A stretch of DNA of 64,000 bases from an uncultured Flavobacteriales bacterium (GTDB taxonomy: Bacteria > Bacteroidota > Bacteroidia > Flavobacteriales > UBA1820). The stretch is taken from the NCBI GenBank assembly GCA_902478645.1, contig CABSLV010000004.1:24411-88410 (forward strand), read 5' to 3'. This document shows positions 30,157 through 38,689 of the stretch, one piece after another; the stretch's first letter is position 1; each line of letters begins with the position of its first letter. Below the pieces are notes generated by a model. That model was given only the letters and a program-made list of their open reading frames with translations. It was not told the origin of the DNA and searched no databases. Both the position numbers and the translations under genes were made by a program.

Positions 30157-30493
30157 TGTATATGTCCCTATTTTTTGATACGATCCTCTCTTTCCTACCG
30201 GCCGGAAAACTGTTTTTCCCTTCGAAAACACCAGGCTTGAAGAACACCACCGGCTCACGCAAACCCGAAAAACAAAAGTAACGAATTCCTCCCAAAAAGC
30301 CTGCCCATTCTTCTCAATTTCGACAAATCCACCCTCCTATCGTCCAACCGCCACATCCGGATTCCTCCAAACATTCGATGCGCGCAACCCTCTCCTGCAT
30401 GGATTCAGACAGCTTTTTTTCTTACAAAAGGAAAAAACACAAAAACATTTTGCCATTTCAATTAAAATACACAACTTGCAGACATACAAAAAG

Positions 30494-30658
30494 ATGAATC
30501 CATATCAATTATTCCCCAATATTTATTTTATCATGAAAACAAGCGCAAAACTCCTGCGAAGGATTTCCTATTCCCCTCCTACGGCCACACTGGTCGAGGT
30601 AACCGTCGAGAGAGGCTTTGCCGTCTCTCTGCCGGATGACACTGTCAATCCTTGGTAA
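30494..30658 (+). CDS. Micro-ORF 1 (54 aa), paralog of micro-ORF 2
   Basis: MNPYQLFPNIYFIMKTSAKLLRRISYSPPTATLVEVTVERGFAVSLPDDTVNPW. The last 27 aa plus stop are identical to micro-ORF 2 despite 7 nucleotide differences, all synonymous. The track ORF starts at an upstream TTG (30476). Confidence 0.55.
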   Translation: MNPYQLFPNIYFIMKTSAKLLRRISYSPPTATLVEVTVERGFAVSLPDDTVNPW

Positions 30659-30689
30659 AATTGCACACACCTCCACGAACACGATAAAA

Positions 30690-30843
30690 AAACGTCCGTT
30701 TATTATGGCAAAGATATAATAAAATATCTTAAAGTAGCTAAAATTGCATTAAAATTAGCGACAAGCAAGTATGGACATTGTTTTGTCGTTTTGTTTTTGG
30801 AAAGCCCCCCATGTTTATTCTTATCCGAAATAAACGGACGTTT
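30690..30843. promoter_or_regulatory. Candidate invertible promoter (inverton): perfect 15-bp inverted repeats flanking a 124-bp AT-rich segment
   Basis: IR-L is aaacgtccgtttatt (30690-30704). IR-R is aataaacggacgttt (30829-30843). They are exact reverse complements. The internal segment carries a consensus -7 box TATCTTTG on the minus strand (30709-30716). That box points away from the downstream genes in this assembly. Confidence 0.5.
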
Positions 30844-30851
30844 AACCCATC

Positions 30852-31016
30852 ATGTCTAATAACCCTTACACTAAATTTGTCATGCAACACAAACATCTAA
30901 CTTTCCGACACAACAAAATCGAGACTTACACTCCTCCGACCGCCACACTGGTCGAAGTAACAGTCGAGAGAGGCTTTGCCGTCTCGCTGCCGGACGACAC
31001 GGTCAATCCTTGGTAA
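30852..31016 (+). CDS. Micro-ORF 2 (54 aa), paralog of micro-ORF 1
   Basis: Hand translated; it is below the track length cut-off. MSNNPYTKFVMQHKHLTFRHNKIETYTPPTATLVEVTVERGFAVSLPDDTVNPW. An in-frame TAA lies 2 codons upstream of the ATG. The stop is 19 nt before the lipoprotein ATG. Confidence 0.6.
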   Translation: MSNNPYTKFVMQHKHLTFRHNKIETYTPPTATLVEVTVERGFAVSLPDDTVNPW

Positions 31017-31035
31017 CCCTTATCCCACGAACACG

Positions 31036-34000
31036 ATGAAAAAACTATGCTTTCTGTTGAGTCTGGCTACGATCGTCGGACTCGGCTCCTGCTCGCGGGA
31101 TTTCAGCGAGACCGATCCTACTCCCTCGGCACAGGGAACCCACTCCCTGAAAGCCTCCATCGCGCAAAGCGAACCCACCACCCGCACCGGCTTGGGCGAC
31201 AAAGACGAAGAAAACGGTACAACGCCCTTGTTGTGGGTAGCAGGTGACAAAATCGCCGTAGTCGACGACGCAGAACCCAATACCGTACACCAGTACATCC
31301 TCGACCCTGCTGCCGCCGGACAGACCGAAGGCACGTTTACCGTCAGCGAAGGGGATGGCGTCCAGGGCGCTGCTTCCATCACGGCGTACTACCCTTATAC
31401 GTTCTATTCGGCTTCGCAGGGGTTGTCCGTGCCCGCCACCCAACAGTACAAGGAGGGACGGACGATGGAAACCGACATGCTCCCCATGTACGCCCATTCT
31501 TCCGGGGCGGAAGTGGGCGAGTTGGACTTCCATCCCGTTGCCGGGCTGATCAACCTGCAACTGACCAAAAACGACAAACTGAACGAAAGCCGTCTGTTCT
31601 ACTCCGTCAAACTGGTTTCCTCCGAGGATAACCTCGCCGGGAAAGGTTCCCTCGCCGACGACAGCGAAGGATACAAGGTGCTGACCATCGACGGGGACGA
31701 TGCCTCGAAAGAGATCACCTTCTCTTTGGGCGAAAGCGGTTTAGCCCTCAAGGAAGGCGAAATCACCTCCCTAATGTTCGTCGTACCGGCCAAAACGTAT
31801 AGTGCCTCCACGTTGAAGTTCGTCCTCACGTACAAAAACAGCCCGGACGATGCCGACTTCCAGACCATCGACCTACCCGTCCGCTCGGCGGTAGAAGTAC
31901 AGCGCGGACATATCGTCAATTTTGCAGCCACCGATGTCGGCCTGTTGATTTCAGGCATCGCTCCTGAAGAGGTAAAAGAAGTCATTACCGACGCAGCCAC
32001 CTCCGGTGAGTCCGAGATCCCGCAAGTGATCGAAGTGGTGGGCATGGATGCCGGCGGGGAATATACCATCGAGCTCCCCACGGTGTACAATGAAACGAAA
32101 AATCAGGAAACCATCTCGTTGGTAGCTACCGACGTTGCGGCCGGAGCTACCATCCTTGTGCAGGAGACTGCCGCCACGGGGATCGCTCCCCAGCAGTATG
32201 TGAGCCTCGCCAATGCCACCGACAACTCCTGCAACGTAGCCGTCGAACTGCCCAACTCGACCGTCACCCTCGACGGCACGTTCGACAACGTGGAAGCTAC
32301 CACCGCCGACCAGACGCTCATCATCCCCTCGGGGACCGTCGTGCAGAACCTGACGGTCAAACAAGGCTCGGTCAAGATCTACGGTACGGTCAAGAACCTG
32401 ACTACCGCCTCCGGCTGGAGCGGAGAGATCGTTCGCGGGATTTCCTCCCAGGAATGCTTCGACAAAGCCATGGAAAACGACGCCTCGATCAACTATACGT
32501 TCGACTACGCTCTGATCGACCGCCCCATCCCGAACCTCGACGGAAAGGGAAAAACGCTGGCGCTCCCGCTGAAAGTCTCGGCCGACGCAACCATTTCCAA
32601 CCTCACCATCCGTCCTTCGGAGTCCATCGAGGCCAACGGCATCACCATCCTTCAGGACAGCGTCGATCTGTCGCTCAACGGAGTGGACATCTACGTTTCC
32701 TCCAACAACTCCTCCGCCGGGCTGAACACCGGACTGCTGATCGCCGAAGTGAACAACGTTACGGCCACCTTGAAGGATTGCCACATCGTCGTGCCCAAGA
32801 GCTACCAGCGCGGTATCAACATGCATAGCGCAAAAACCGCCGGTACGACCACCGTTACCCTGGACAACACCCACATCGGACCTACGCTCGAACCCCTGAC
32901 CACGGATTACAGCCACGACACCTACACCCAGGAACAGATCGACGCGTTCAAAGCCCGCGTGGACAGCCGGGGTGTCAGCTTCGGCGGACCGCACAGCGCC
33001 CGCTACGTGCTGAACCTGCGGAACGGTTCGGTGATCGAAGGAGTATTCTACGCCATCAACTTCACGTACTACGCCGCTCCGGTAGAGATCAACGTGGATC
33101 GTTCGATCATCGACGGTCGCTGCGCCTTCAACATCTGGGCCAACGGCGAAGGAACGAAGATCAACGTAACGAACGGCTCGAAACTGGTGGGACGCAACTA
33201 CTTCCCCGGTCCGACAGAGGTTTATGCCAATATCGTCATCGAAAGCAAAGCCAACGGACAGGCAGCCGAGAACAACGTCATCACCGTGCGCGACAGCGAA
33301 TTCCACTGCTTCAACGAACCGCAAACCAATACCAACTGGCAATACGCGCTCGATGTCCGCTCCGAAGGGGTCAACACCATCCAGCTGCTGGGTGAGACCA
33401 AGATATACGACCACAGCGGACGCCTTCCCCATGCCATCGATGTCGGAGGCTGGAGCAACCAGTTTGTCATCGACCCGAGCGTATCCTTCGCCATGGGCAT
33501 GGAAGGAGCGACCATCCTGCCGACACACATCTGGGACGGTTCTTCGTTCAAATTCCCCGGGAAAGCCCTGGACGGCAAATACTACATCGGCGAGCCTTCC
33601 CAGCTGGCCGCACTCACCCTGCAGGTCCCCGAAGGGATGGACATCGTCCTGGTACGCGACCTGGACCTGAACAACCATCCTTGGCTGGCCAAATATCCCA
33701 CTTCCGGCACTAAAGCCAATACGGTGGACGGCGGCGGCCATACCATCTACAACCTCAACACCGGTACGGTCGGATGGGATACCAAGACGGAATGTCCGGG
33801 ACTGTTCTCGGCCTTTGCCGGTACGATCAAGGATCTCACGATAGAGAATGCTACCGTGTACGGTTCCCGGGCAGGTGCTCTCGCCGGCCGACTGGACTAC
33901 GGCACGATCACCAATTGCCACGTGAAGAACGTTACCTTTATCGGAGGAGCACAAAAGATGGCTGGCTTGATCGGCTTTATCAACGGAAACGGTGACATCG

Positions 34001-34440
34001 TTCTGGACGGTTGCTCGGTCGACGGATGCCTGATAGTCAACGACCCTGCCCCGAAAGGCGACGATGGTGCTGCCATAACCGGCGATGCATCGTGCATGGC
34101 CGGAGGATTGGTCGGATTCATCCAGTCTTTCAACCACAAGGTGGACATCCGGAATTGTTCCGTGAAAAACACGACTGTGCAGAGCGGTCTGCTTTGGGAC
34201 AACTATTCGGGATGCACTTCGCACGAATTCATCGGCAACATCGCCAACACCTACAAATACCCCAATGCGGTGTTTACGCTGACCAACAACACCATTGAAG
34301 GTTCCTCGTGCGATGCAAAAGTCCGCATGAACGACTATTTCGGATTCTGCTATACGGGCGAATCCGGACAGACCGATCCTTACGCCCGGGTAGTGGTCGA
34401 CGGAGAGGTTATCACCGAAGGCCCGGCCGCCGGCGAATAA
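31036..34440 (+). CDS. Large surface lipoprotein: fimbrillin-like N-domain, beta-helix-like middle, C-terminal GLUG repeats
   Basis: Lipobox MKKLCFLLSLATIVGLGSC. N-domain pattern WVAGDKIAVV...TAYYPY...LDFHPVAGLINLQL, typical of Bacteroidales fimbrillin/Mfa-like lipoproteins. C-terminal repeats AGALAGRL, MAGLIGFI and MAGGLVGFI...IRNCSV match the GLUG motif. Start trimmed from 30976 to 31036. Confidence 0.8.
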   Translation: MKKLCFLLSLATIVGLGSCSRDFSETDPTPSAQGTHSLKASIAQSEPTTRTGLGDKDEENGTTPLLWVAGDKIAVVDDAEPNTVHQYILDPAAAGQTEGTFTVSEGDGVQGAASITAYYPYTFYSASQGLSVPATQQYKEGRTMETDMLPMYAHSSGAEVGELDFHPVAGLINLQLTKNDKLNESRLFYSVKLVSSEDNLAGKGSLADDSEGYKVLTIDGDDASKEITFSLGESGLALKEGEITSLMFVVPAKTYSASTLKFVLTYKNSPDDADFQTIDLPVRSAVEVQRGHIVNFAATDVGLLISGIAPEEVKEVITDAATSGESEIPQVIEVVGMDAGGEYTIELPTVYNETKNQETISLVATDVAAGATILVQETAATGIAPQQYVSLANATDNSCNVAVELPNSTVTLDGTFDNVEATTADQTLIIPSGTVVQNLTVKQGSVKIYGTVKNLTTASGWSGEIVRGISSQECFDKAMENDASINYTFDYALIDRPIPNLDGKGKTLALPLKVSADATISNLTIRPSESIEANGITILQDSVDLSLNGVDIYVSSNNSSAGLNTGLLIAEVNNVTATLKDCHIVVPKSYQRGINMHSAKTAGTTTVTLDNTHIGPTLEPLTTDYSHDTYTQEQIDAFKARVDSRGVSFGGPHSARYVLNLRNGSVIEGVFYAINFTYYAAPVEINVDRSIIDGRCAFNIWANGEGTKINVTNGSKLVGRNYFPGPTEVYANIVIESKANGQAAENNVITVRDSEFHCFNEPQTNTNWQYALDVRSEGVNTIQLLGETKIYDHSGRLPHAIDVGGWSNQFVIDPSVSFAMGMEGATILPTHIWDGSSFKFPGKALDGKYYIGEPSQLAALTLQVPEGMDIVLVRDLDLNNHPWLAKYPTSGTKANTVDGGGHTIYNLNTGTVGWDTKTECPGLFSAFAGTIKDLTIENATVYGSRAGALAGRLDYGTITNCHVKNVTFIGGAQKMAGLIGFINGNGDIVLDGCSVDGCLIVNDPAPKGDDGAAITGDASCMAGGLVGFIQSFNHKVDIRNCSVKNTTVQSGLLWDNYSGCTSHEFIGNIANTYKYPNAVFTLTNNTIEGSSCDAKVRMNDYFGFCYTGESGQTDPYARVVVDGEVITEGPAAGE

Positions 34441-34469
34441 ACCGCTCCCCGATCTTTTCACCAAATATG

Positions 34470-34506
34470 CACCCGGGAGATCTTTGGATCTCCCGGGTGT
34501 TTTTTT
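34470..34506 (+). terminator. Intrinsic terminator after the lipoprotein gene
   Basis: cacccgggagatc-tttg-gatctcccgggtg followed by T7. Confidence 0.85.
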
Positions 34507-34551
34507 GCACAAAAAAAGCCTTGCAACCCTTTCGCTGCAAGGCCTTGTCCG

Positions 34552-34636
34552 TACTCGGGATGGGACTCGAACCCACACGGACATTTCTGTCCAAAGGATT
34601 TTAAGTCCTTCGTGTCTACCATTTCACCACCCGAGC
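34552..34636 (-). tRNA. tRNA-Leu (anticodon UAA)
   Basis: Minus strand GCTCGGGTGGTGAAATGGTAGACACGAAGGACTTAAAATCCTTTGGACAGAAATGTCCGTGTGGGTTCGAGTCCCATCCCGAGTA. Cloverleaf with a long variable arm and anticodon loop CTTAAAA. A TACCTTTG -7 box lies at 34662-34669 on the minus strand. Confidence 0.92.
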
Positions 34637-34809
34637 ATCCGCCCGGAAAAAACGAGCAGGGCAAAGGTAAAGATTTTTTGCCATTTCGCCGTTATCCGAA
34701 TGCTCTTCTCCGAAGCCATTCGCACAAAAGCACAGAAAATCAAGAGAAAAAGGATATCCATCCGGATTCTTTTCAGTAGATTTGTACATTCTAGTAACAC
34801 TTCCCTGCC

Positions 34810-35853
34810 ATGATACGAAAGATCACATTCCCTGTCCTTGCCTTGGGCGGCTTGCTATTCATCCTTCTGTCCGGGTTCGCCCCTTTTCCTCAAAACGAAC
34901 AGAGCGAAGCAACGACCTCGGAGATCGCTCCGGAAGAAGACTCCACCGTATCCGTCATTGCCTGGTTTTGCAAAGGAGACACGATGACCTACTGGATCCA
35001 TGACGGTCAGTGGAAAGTCGTCGGAGGGGATACGATCCAAACTCTCGGCGTCCACACCAAGGTGATGCTCACCGTAACAGATTCCTCTTCGAAAGGCTAC
35101 GCGCTGGAATACCGTTTTTTGGAATTCGACTTTGACCCGATCGAAGGTTCCGAGACCCAAAACATCGTGAATCTCGCCGCAAGCCAGCTCCAGAAAGACA
35201 TCGTGGGTACCGTCATCCGATTCCACACCGATGAAGTAGGGCAGATCACAAAATACGAAAACCTCAAAGAAGTCAAAAAACAGGCCAAGGACCTTTTTTC
35301 CAATTTCGTACAGCAAATGCCGTACATCGACTCTTTGGCGGCAGACGGGATAAAGATAGAACCACTGCTCAAAAAGATCGGTTCCAGCGACCTGCTGATA
35401 GACGGATACGTCGAGGAACTCGAGATGCTCTTCCGATGCCATGGGAACCAATACCCCATCGGGGAATTCACCGAGCATCAGGATGCCACAGAGACGGAAT
35501 ACGCCTCCGACACGTATATGGCGGTAGGGATGGATCCGGAAACCTACGAATACGACCTCCGGATCGACGTCGACAACTACATCCCGAAAGAAGACCTCAA
35601 AAGCCTTGTCGGTGACTTGGCCGACCTGTTGCTGGACAAGGACGCAGCGCAGGAGGCCAAGAAGGAAATCGCGACCGAATTCGACCAACAGATCCAGAAC
35701 GATGCGGTGTACGGCTCCTATCTGCACGCAAAATACTTCCCCGACGGATGGCCCGAAGACATCATTTATCAGGAGAAAACCTTACTGGAGGGACAAGGAA
35801 AACTGACGCAGAAATACATCACGTGGGATTACCGGAGCGTGGGCAATTTTTAA
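34810..35853 (+). CDS. Hypothetical membrane-anchored/secreted protein
   Basis: 347 aa, N-terminal hydrophobic anchor, acidic soluble body. No family recognised. A TAGATTTG -7 box lies at 34777-34784. Confidence 0.6.
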   Translation: MIRKITFPVLALGGLLFILLSGFAPFPQNEQSEATTSEIAPEEDSTVSVIAWFCKGDTMTYWIHDGQWKVVGGDTIQTLGVHTKVMLTVTDSSSKGYALEYRFLEFDFDPIEGSETQNIVNLAASQLQKDIVGTVIRFHTDEVGQITKYENLKEVKKQAKDLFSNFVQQMPYIDSLAADGIKIEPLLKKIGSSDLLIDGYVEELEMLFRCHGNQYPIGEFTEHQDATETEYASDTYMAVGMDPETYEYDLRIDVDNYIPKEDLKSLVGDLADLLLDKDAAQEAKKEIATEFDQQIQNDAVYGSYLHAKYFPDGWPEDIIYQEKTLLEGQGKLTQKYITWDYRSVGNF

Positions 35854-35998
35854 CATTCAAGCCCCGCCCGGGCAAACATTCTACCTGAGGCTTTGGGAAA
35901 ACCACGGCTTATGACCGGTTGCACCATCCTTATACCTTTCGAAAAGAAAGAGATGAGAGAAAGCTACCGCACATCCCCCCTCTAAAAAACATAAACCC

Positions 35999-36961
35999 AT
36001 GAAACTGCTGCTACCCCTCCTCGTCTCGACACTCCTGCTGTCGTCCTGCGCCTCCCTGTTCAACCCGGAACATTGCCGGACGGACTTCCGATCCCCCGTA
36101 CCGAGAACCGTCCTCATCGACTCCACCACGATCCGGGTGCAACCCGGCAAAGCCACCCCCGTGGCTTTCATGCGGGGGAACCAAACGAAAGAAGCGGTAC
36201 TGATCACCGACACCCGCACCGACACCATCGAGGTCCGTCCCCGGTGGAGCGAAGCCTATTACTTCAACTTCGCCACCTGCGGGATAGGCTTTCTCTTCGA
36301 CGGCAAGACCCCGAAAAAATGGAAATACCCCTCGACCCTGCGCCTTACCGACCGGTACATCGACAGACATCGCAAAGGTGCCGACCCGTATGCGGACTAT
36401 CGGTATGCCGACAAAGGCTCCTGGAACCTCCACATAAGCCTCCCATACGCCAATGCCTTCTACTCGGCCTATGGAAAGGAAAACCAGTGGGGGGCGGGAT
36501 TTCTGGGACTGTCCCTGGGGCTGTCCTACCACACGAGCGACAAGACATTCGTCAACCTCTCCGCCGCCGGCATCCTGGACTCCGAAATACCGATCCCCGT
36601 CGCGATCGATTATGAAAGCCCCCAGGTCAAGGACCACCGGTATTCGATCCTGGCCAACCTGTCGAACAATCACCTGCTGCTGCAAAAAAGACTTTCCCTG
36701 GGATACGGCCTCTCGTATGGATACGACACCTGGAATACGATCCACCACGGGATAGCCCAAGAAGGGGAAAAACAAGAAAACATCCATCGCACCTCGCTTT
36801 CCCTGGGATTTGTCTTTCCCGTATATTACTACACCCGGCGCAGCTTTTATCTGGGGATGGTCTATCGGCCCATGCTCGTGCAGTTCGCGCACGGGACGCA
36901 TTTCAAGTACCAGCACACCCTCAGTTTCGATTTCGGATGGCGCATCCGGCTGACCAAATAA
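35999..36961 (+). CDS. Hypothetical lipoprotein with a beta-barrel-like C-terminal half
   Basis: Lipobox LLLSSCAS. The C-terminal half has alternating aromatic/small residue strands (LSLGLSYH, LSLGYGLSYGY, LSLGFVFPVYYY, TLSFDFGWRIRL). No family recognised. Confidence 0.6.
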   Translation: MKLLLPLLVSTLLLSSCASLFNPEHCRTDFRSPVPRTVLIDSTTIRVQPGKATPVAFMRGNQTKEAVLITDTRTDTIEVRPRWSEAYYFNFATCGIGFLFDGKTPKKWKYPSTLRLTDRYIDRHRKGADPYADYRYADKGSWNLHISLPYANAFYSAYGKENQWGAGFLGLSLGLSYHTSDKTFVNLSAAGILDSEIPIPVAIDYESPQVKDHRYSILANLSNNHLLLQKRLSLGYGLSYGYDTWNTIHHGIAQEGEKQENIHRTSLSLGFVFPVYYYTRRSFYLGMVYRPMLVQFAHGTHFKYQHTLSFDFGWRIRLTK

Positions 36962-36977
36962 AACGTTCCTGTCTTCC

Positions 36978-37946
36978 TTACAGGAGAAGATTGAACAGAT
37001 ACCCGGACAAGACGATAAACAGACTCACCACCCCAAAAAAGATACCGACCAGGCGCCAAGTCATCACTTTTTTCAACAGGATCGCCTCCGGAAGGGACAA
37101 ACCCACCACCGCCATCATAAAGGCGATGGCTGTTCCCAAGGGGATTCCCTTGGCCACCAGCACCTGCACTATCGGAACGATCCCTGCCGCATTGGCATAC
37201 AACGGAACGGCACAAAGGACAGACAACGGTACGGCCCACACGTTCTCCGAAGACATGTATCGTTCAAAAAATCCCTCGGGAACAAAACCGTGCATCCCCG
37301 CTCCGACCCCGATCCCGATCAGGACATAAATCCATACCCGCCGCACCACGCTCCAGGCATCCTCGACGATCGCCGGAAGTCTTTGACGGAAGGATGCTTC
37401 TTCTTTCTCCCAACCCCCCGCCTGGCCTTGAGACAAAGAGGACATCTGACGCACCCACGGGGCCAGATAACGCTCCAGCGAGAGGCGCCCCAACACGACC
37501 CCTCCCAGCACTCCCAACAGGATTCCGCTGACCACGTAAATAGCCGTTACCCGCACGCCGAACGACCCCAAAAACATCGCTACCGCCACTTCATTGACCA
37601 ACGGCGAAGTGATCAGAAAGGCAAACGTCACCCCCAAGGGGATTCCCCCCTTTACAAAACCGATAAACAACGGGATCGACGAACAGGAACAAAACGGAGT
37701 GATCGCCCCGAAGACCGAAGCGAAAAGATACTGAAATCCATACAACCGCCTTGTGGTCAAATACTCCCTCAGGCGTTCTATCGGAAAATAAGCATTGACC
37801 ACCCCCATGGCCAGACAAACCAGAAACAACAGCAGAAAGATCTTCATGCTGTCGTAAAAAAAGAAGTGAAGCGCCTCGCCCCAGCGGGTTCCTGCCTCGA
37901 GCCCCAGCACATCGAACACCAGGACATCTGCCAACCGACGTATCAT
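36978..37946 (-). CDS. Permease, UPF0718/ArsP-like (putative organoarsenical efflux)
   Basis: 322 aa polytopic protein with a TPFCSCSSIP motif. Last gene of an arsR-trx-arsC cluster. 4-nt overlap with arsC. Confidence 0.72.
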   Translation of the reverse strand: MIRRLADVLVFDVLGLEAGTRWGEALHFFFYDSMKIFLLLFLVCLAMGVVNAYFPIERLREYLTTRRLYGFQYLFASVFGAITPFCSCSSIPLFIGFVKGGIPLGVTFAFLITSPLVNEVAVAMFLGSFGVRVTAIYVVSGILLGVLGGVVLGRLSLERYLAPWVRQMSSLSQGQAGGWEKEEASFRQRLPAIVEDAWSVVRRVWIYVLIGIGVGAGMHGFVPEGFFERYMSSENVWAVPLSVLCAVPLYANAAGIVPIVQVLVAKGIPLGTAIAFMMAVVGLSLPEAILLKKVMTWRLVGIFFGVVSLFIVLSGYLFNLLL

Positions 37947-38368
37947 CCCTGCTTCTTAAGATTGGTCCGATAAAAATCCTGGAATACCTCCCGTATCTGA
38001 TCGCGCACCCGCCGAAACCCCTCTGCGACCTCTTGCGGTGCTGCTTTGATCTGCGCGGGATCCTCAAAACCCAGATGGACACGATGCTTTACCGCAGCGG
38101 TAAAAACCGGACAATGCTCCTTTGCCCCTCCGCATACCGTGATCACATAATCCCACTCAAGGGCCCGATACTCCTGTACCGAATGCGGCACGTGGCCGGA
38201 GATGTCGATACCTACCTCGGCCATGGCTGCTACCGCCTGCGGATGCACCTGCGCAGCCGGGGAAGTCCCGGCGGAAAACACCTCCAACTCCGGATCGAAC
38301 AACTGCAAAAAACCATGCGCCATCTGACTGCGGCAACTGTTTCCCGTACACAAAATCAGGATCCTCAT
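37943..38368 (-). CDS. arsC: Arsenate reductase, LMW-PTPase (thioredoxin-coupled) type
   Basis: ILILCTGNSCRSQMA P-loop, 141 aa. Confidence 0.88.
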   Translation of the reverse strand: MRILILCTGNSCRSQMAHGFLQLFDPELEVFSAGTSPAAQVHPQAVAAMAEVGIDISGHVPHSVQEYRALEWDYVITVCGGAKEHCPVFTAAVKHRVHLGFEDPAQIKAAPQEVAEGFRRVRDQIREVFQDFYRTNLKKQG

Positions 38369-38381
38369 CTTCCCCCCTCCT

Positions 38382-38633
38382 TTACTCTTCTCCGTCCGAT
38401 TCCTTCAACAACTCCTTGACCTGCTCCAGCGACAGCCGACGGCCTTTGGCTACCACCTTCCCGTTCACGACCAAAGCCGGCAGCGACATTACGTTGTAGG
38501 ACATGATCTTCACCAGGTCCTCTTCCTTTACCACCGTTGCCTGCCGGCCTTCTTCGGCCACGGCTTGTTTTACCGTTTCGTAGAGGGCCTTGCATCCGGC
38601 GCACCCTGTTCCCAATACTTTAATTTCCATCAT
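38382..38633 (-). CDS. Thioredoxin-fold protein (redox-active disulfide protein 2-like)
   Basis: 83 aa. IKVLGTGCAGCKAL CxxC motif and ...LPALVVNGKVV. Confidence 0.75.
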   Translation of the reverse strand: MMEIKVLGTGCAGCKALYETVKQAVAEEGRQATVVKEEDLVKIMSYNVMSLPALVVNGKVVAKGRRLSLEQVKELLKESDGEE

Positions 38634-38689
38634 CGTTTTATAATTTGTTTTTCGTCAAACAACGAACATTCATATTCTAAAAAAAAATT

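Noticed and set aside
30976-31035. Upstream start for the large lipoprotein (MPSRCRTTRSILGNPYPTNT...)
   Set aside because: This extension overlaps micro-ORF 2 in another frame. The ATG at 31036 gives a textbook lipoprotein signal peptide (MKKLCFLLSLATIVGLGSC).
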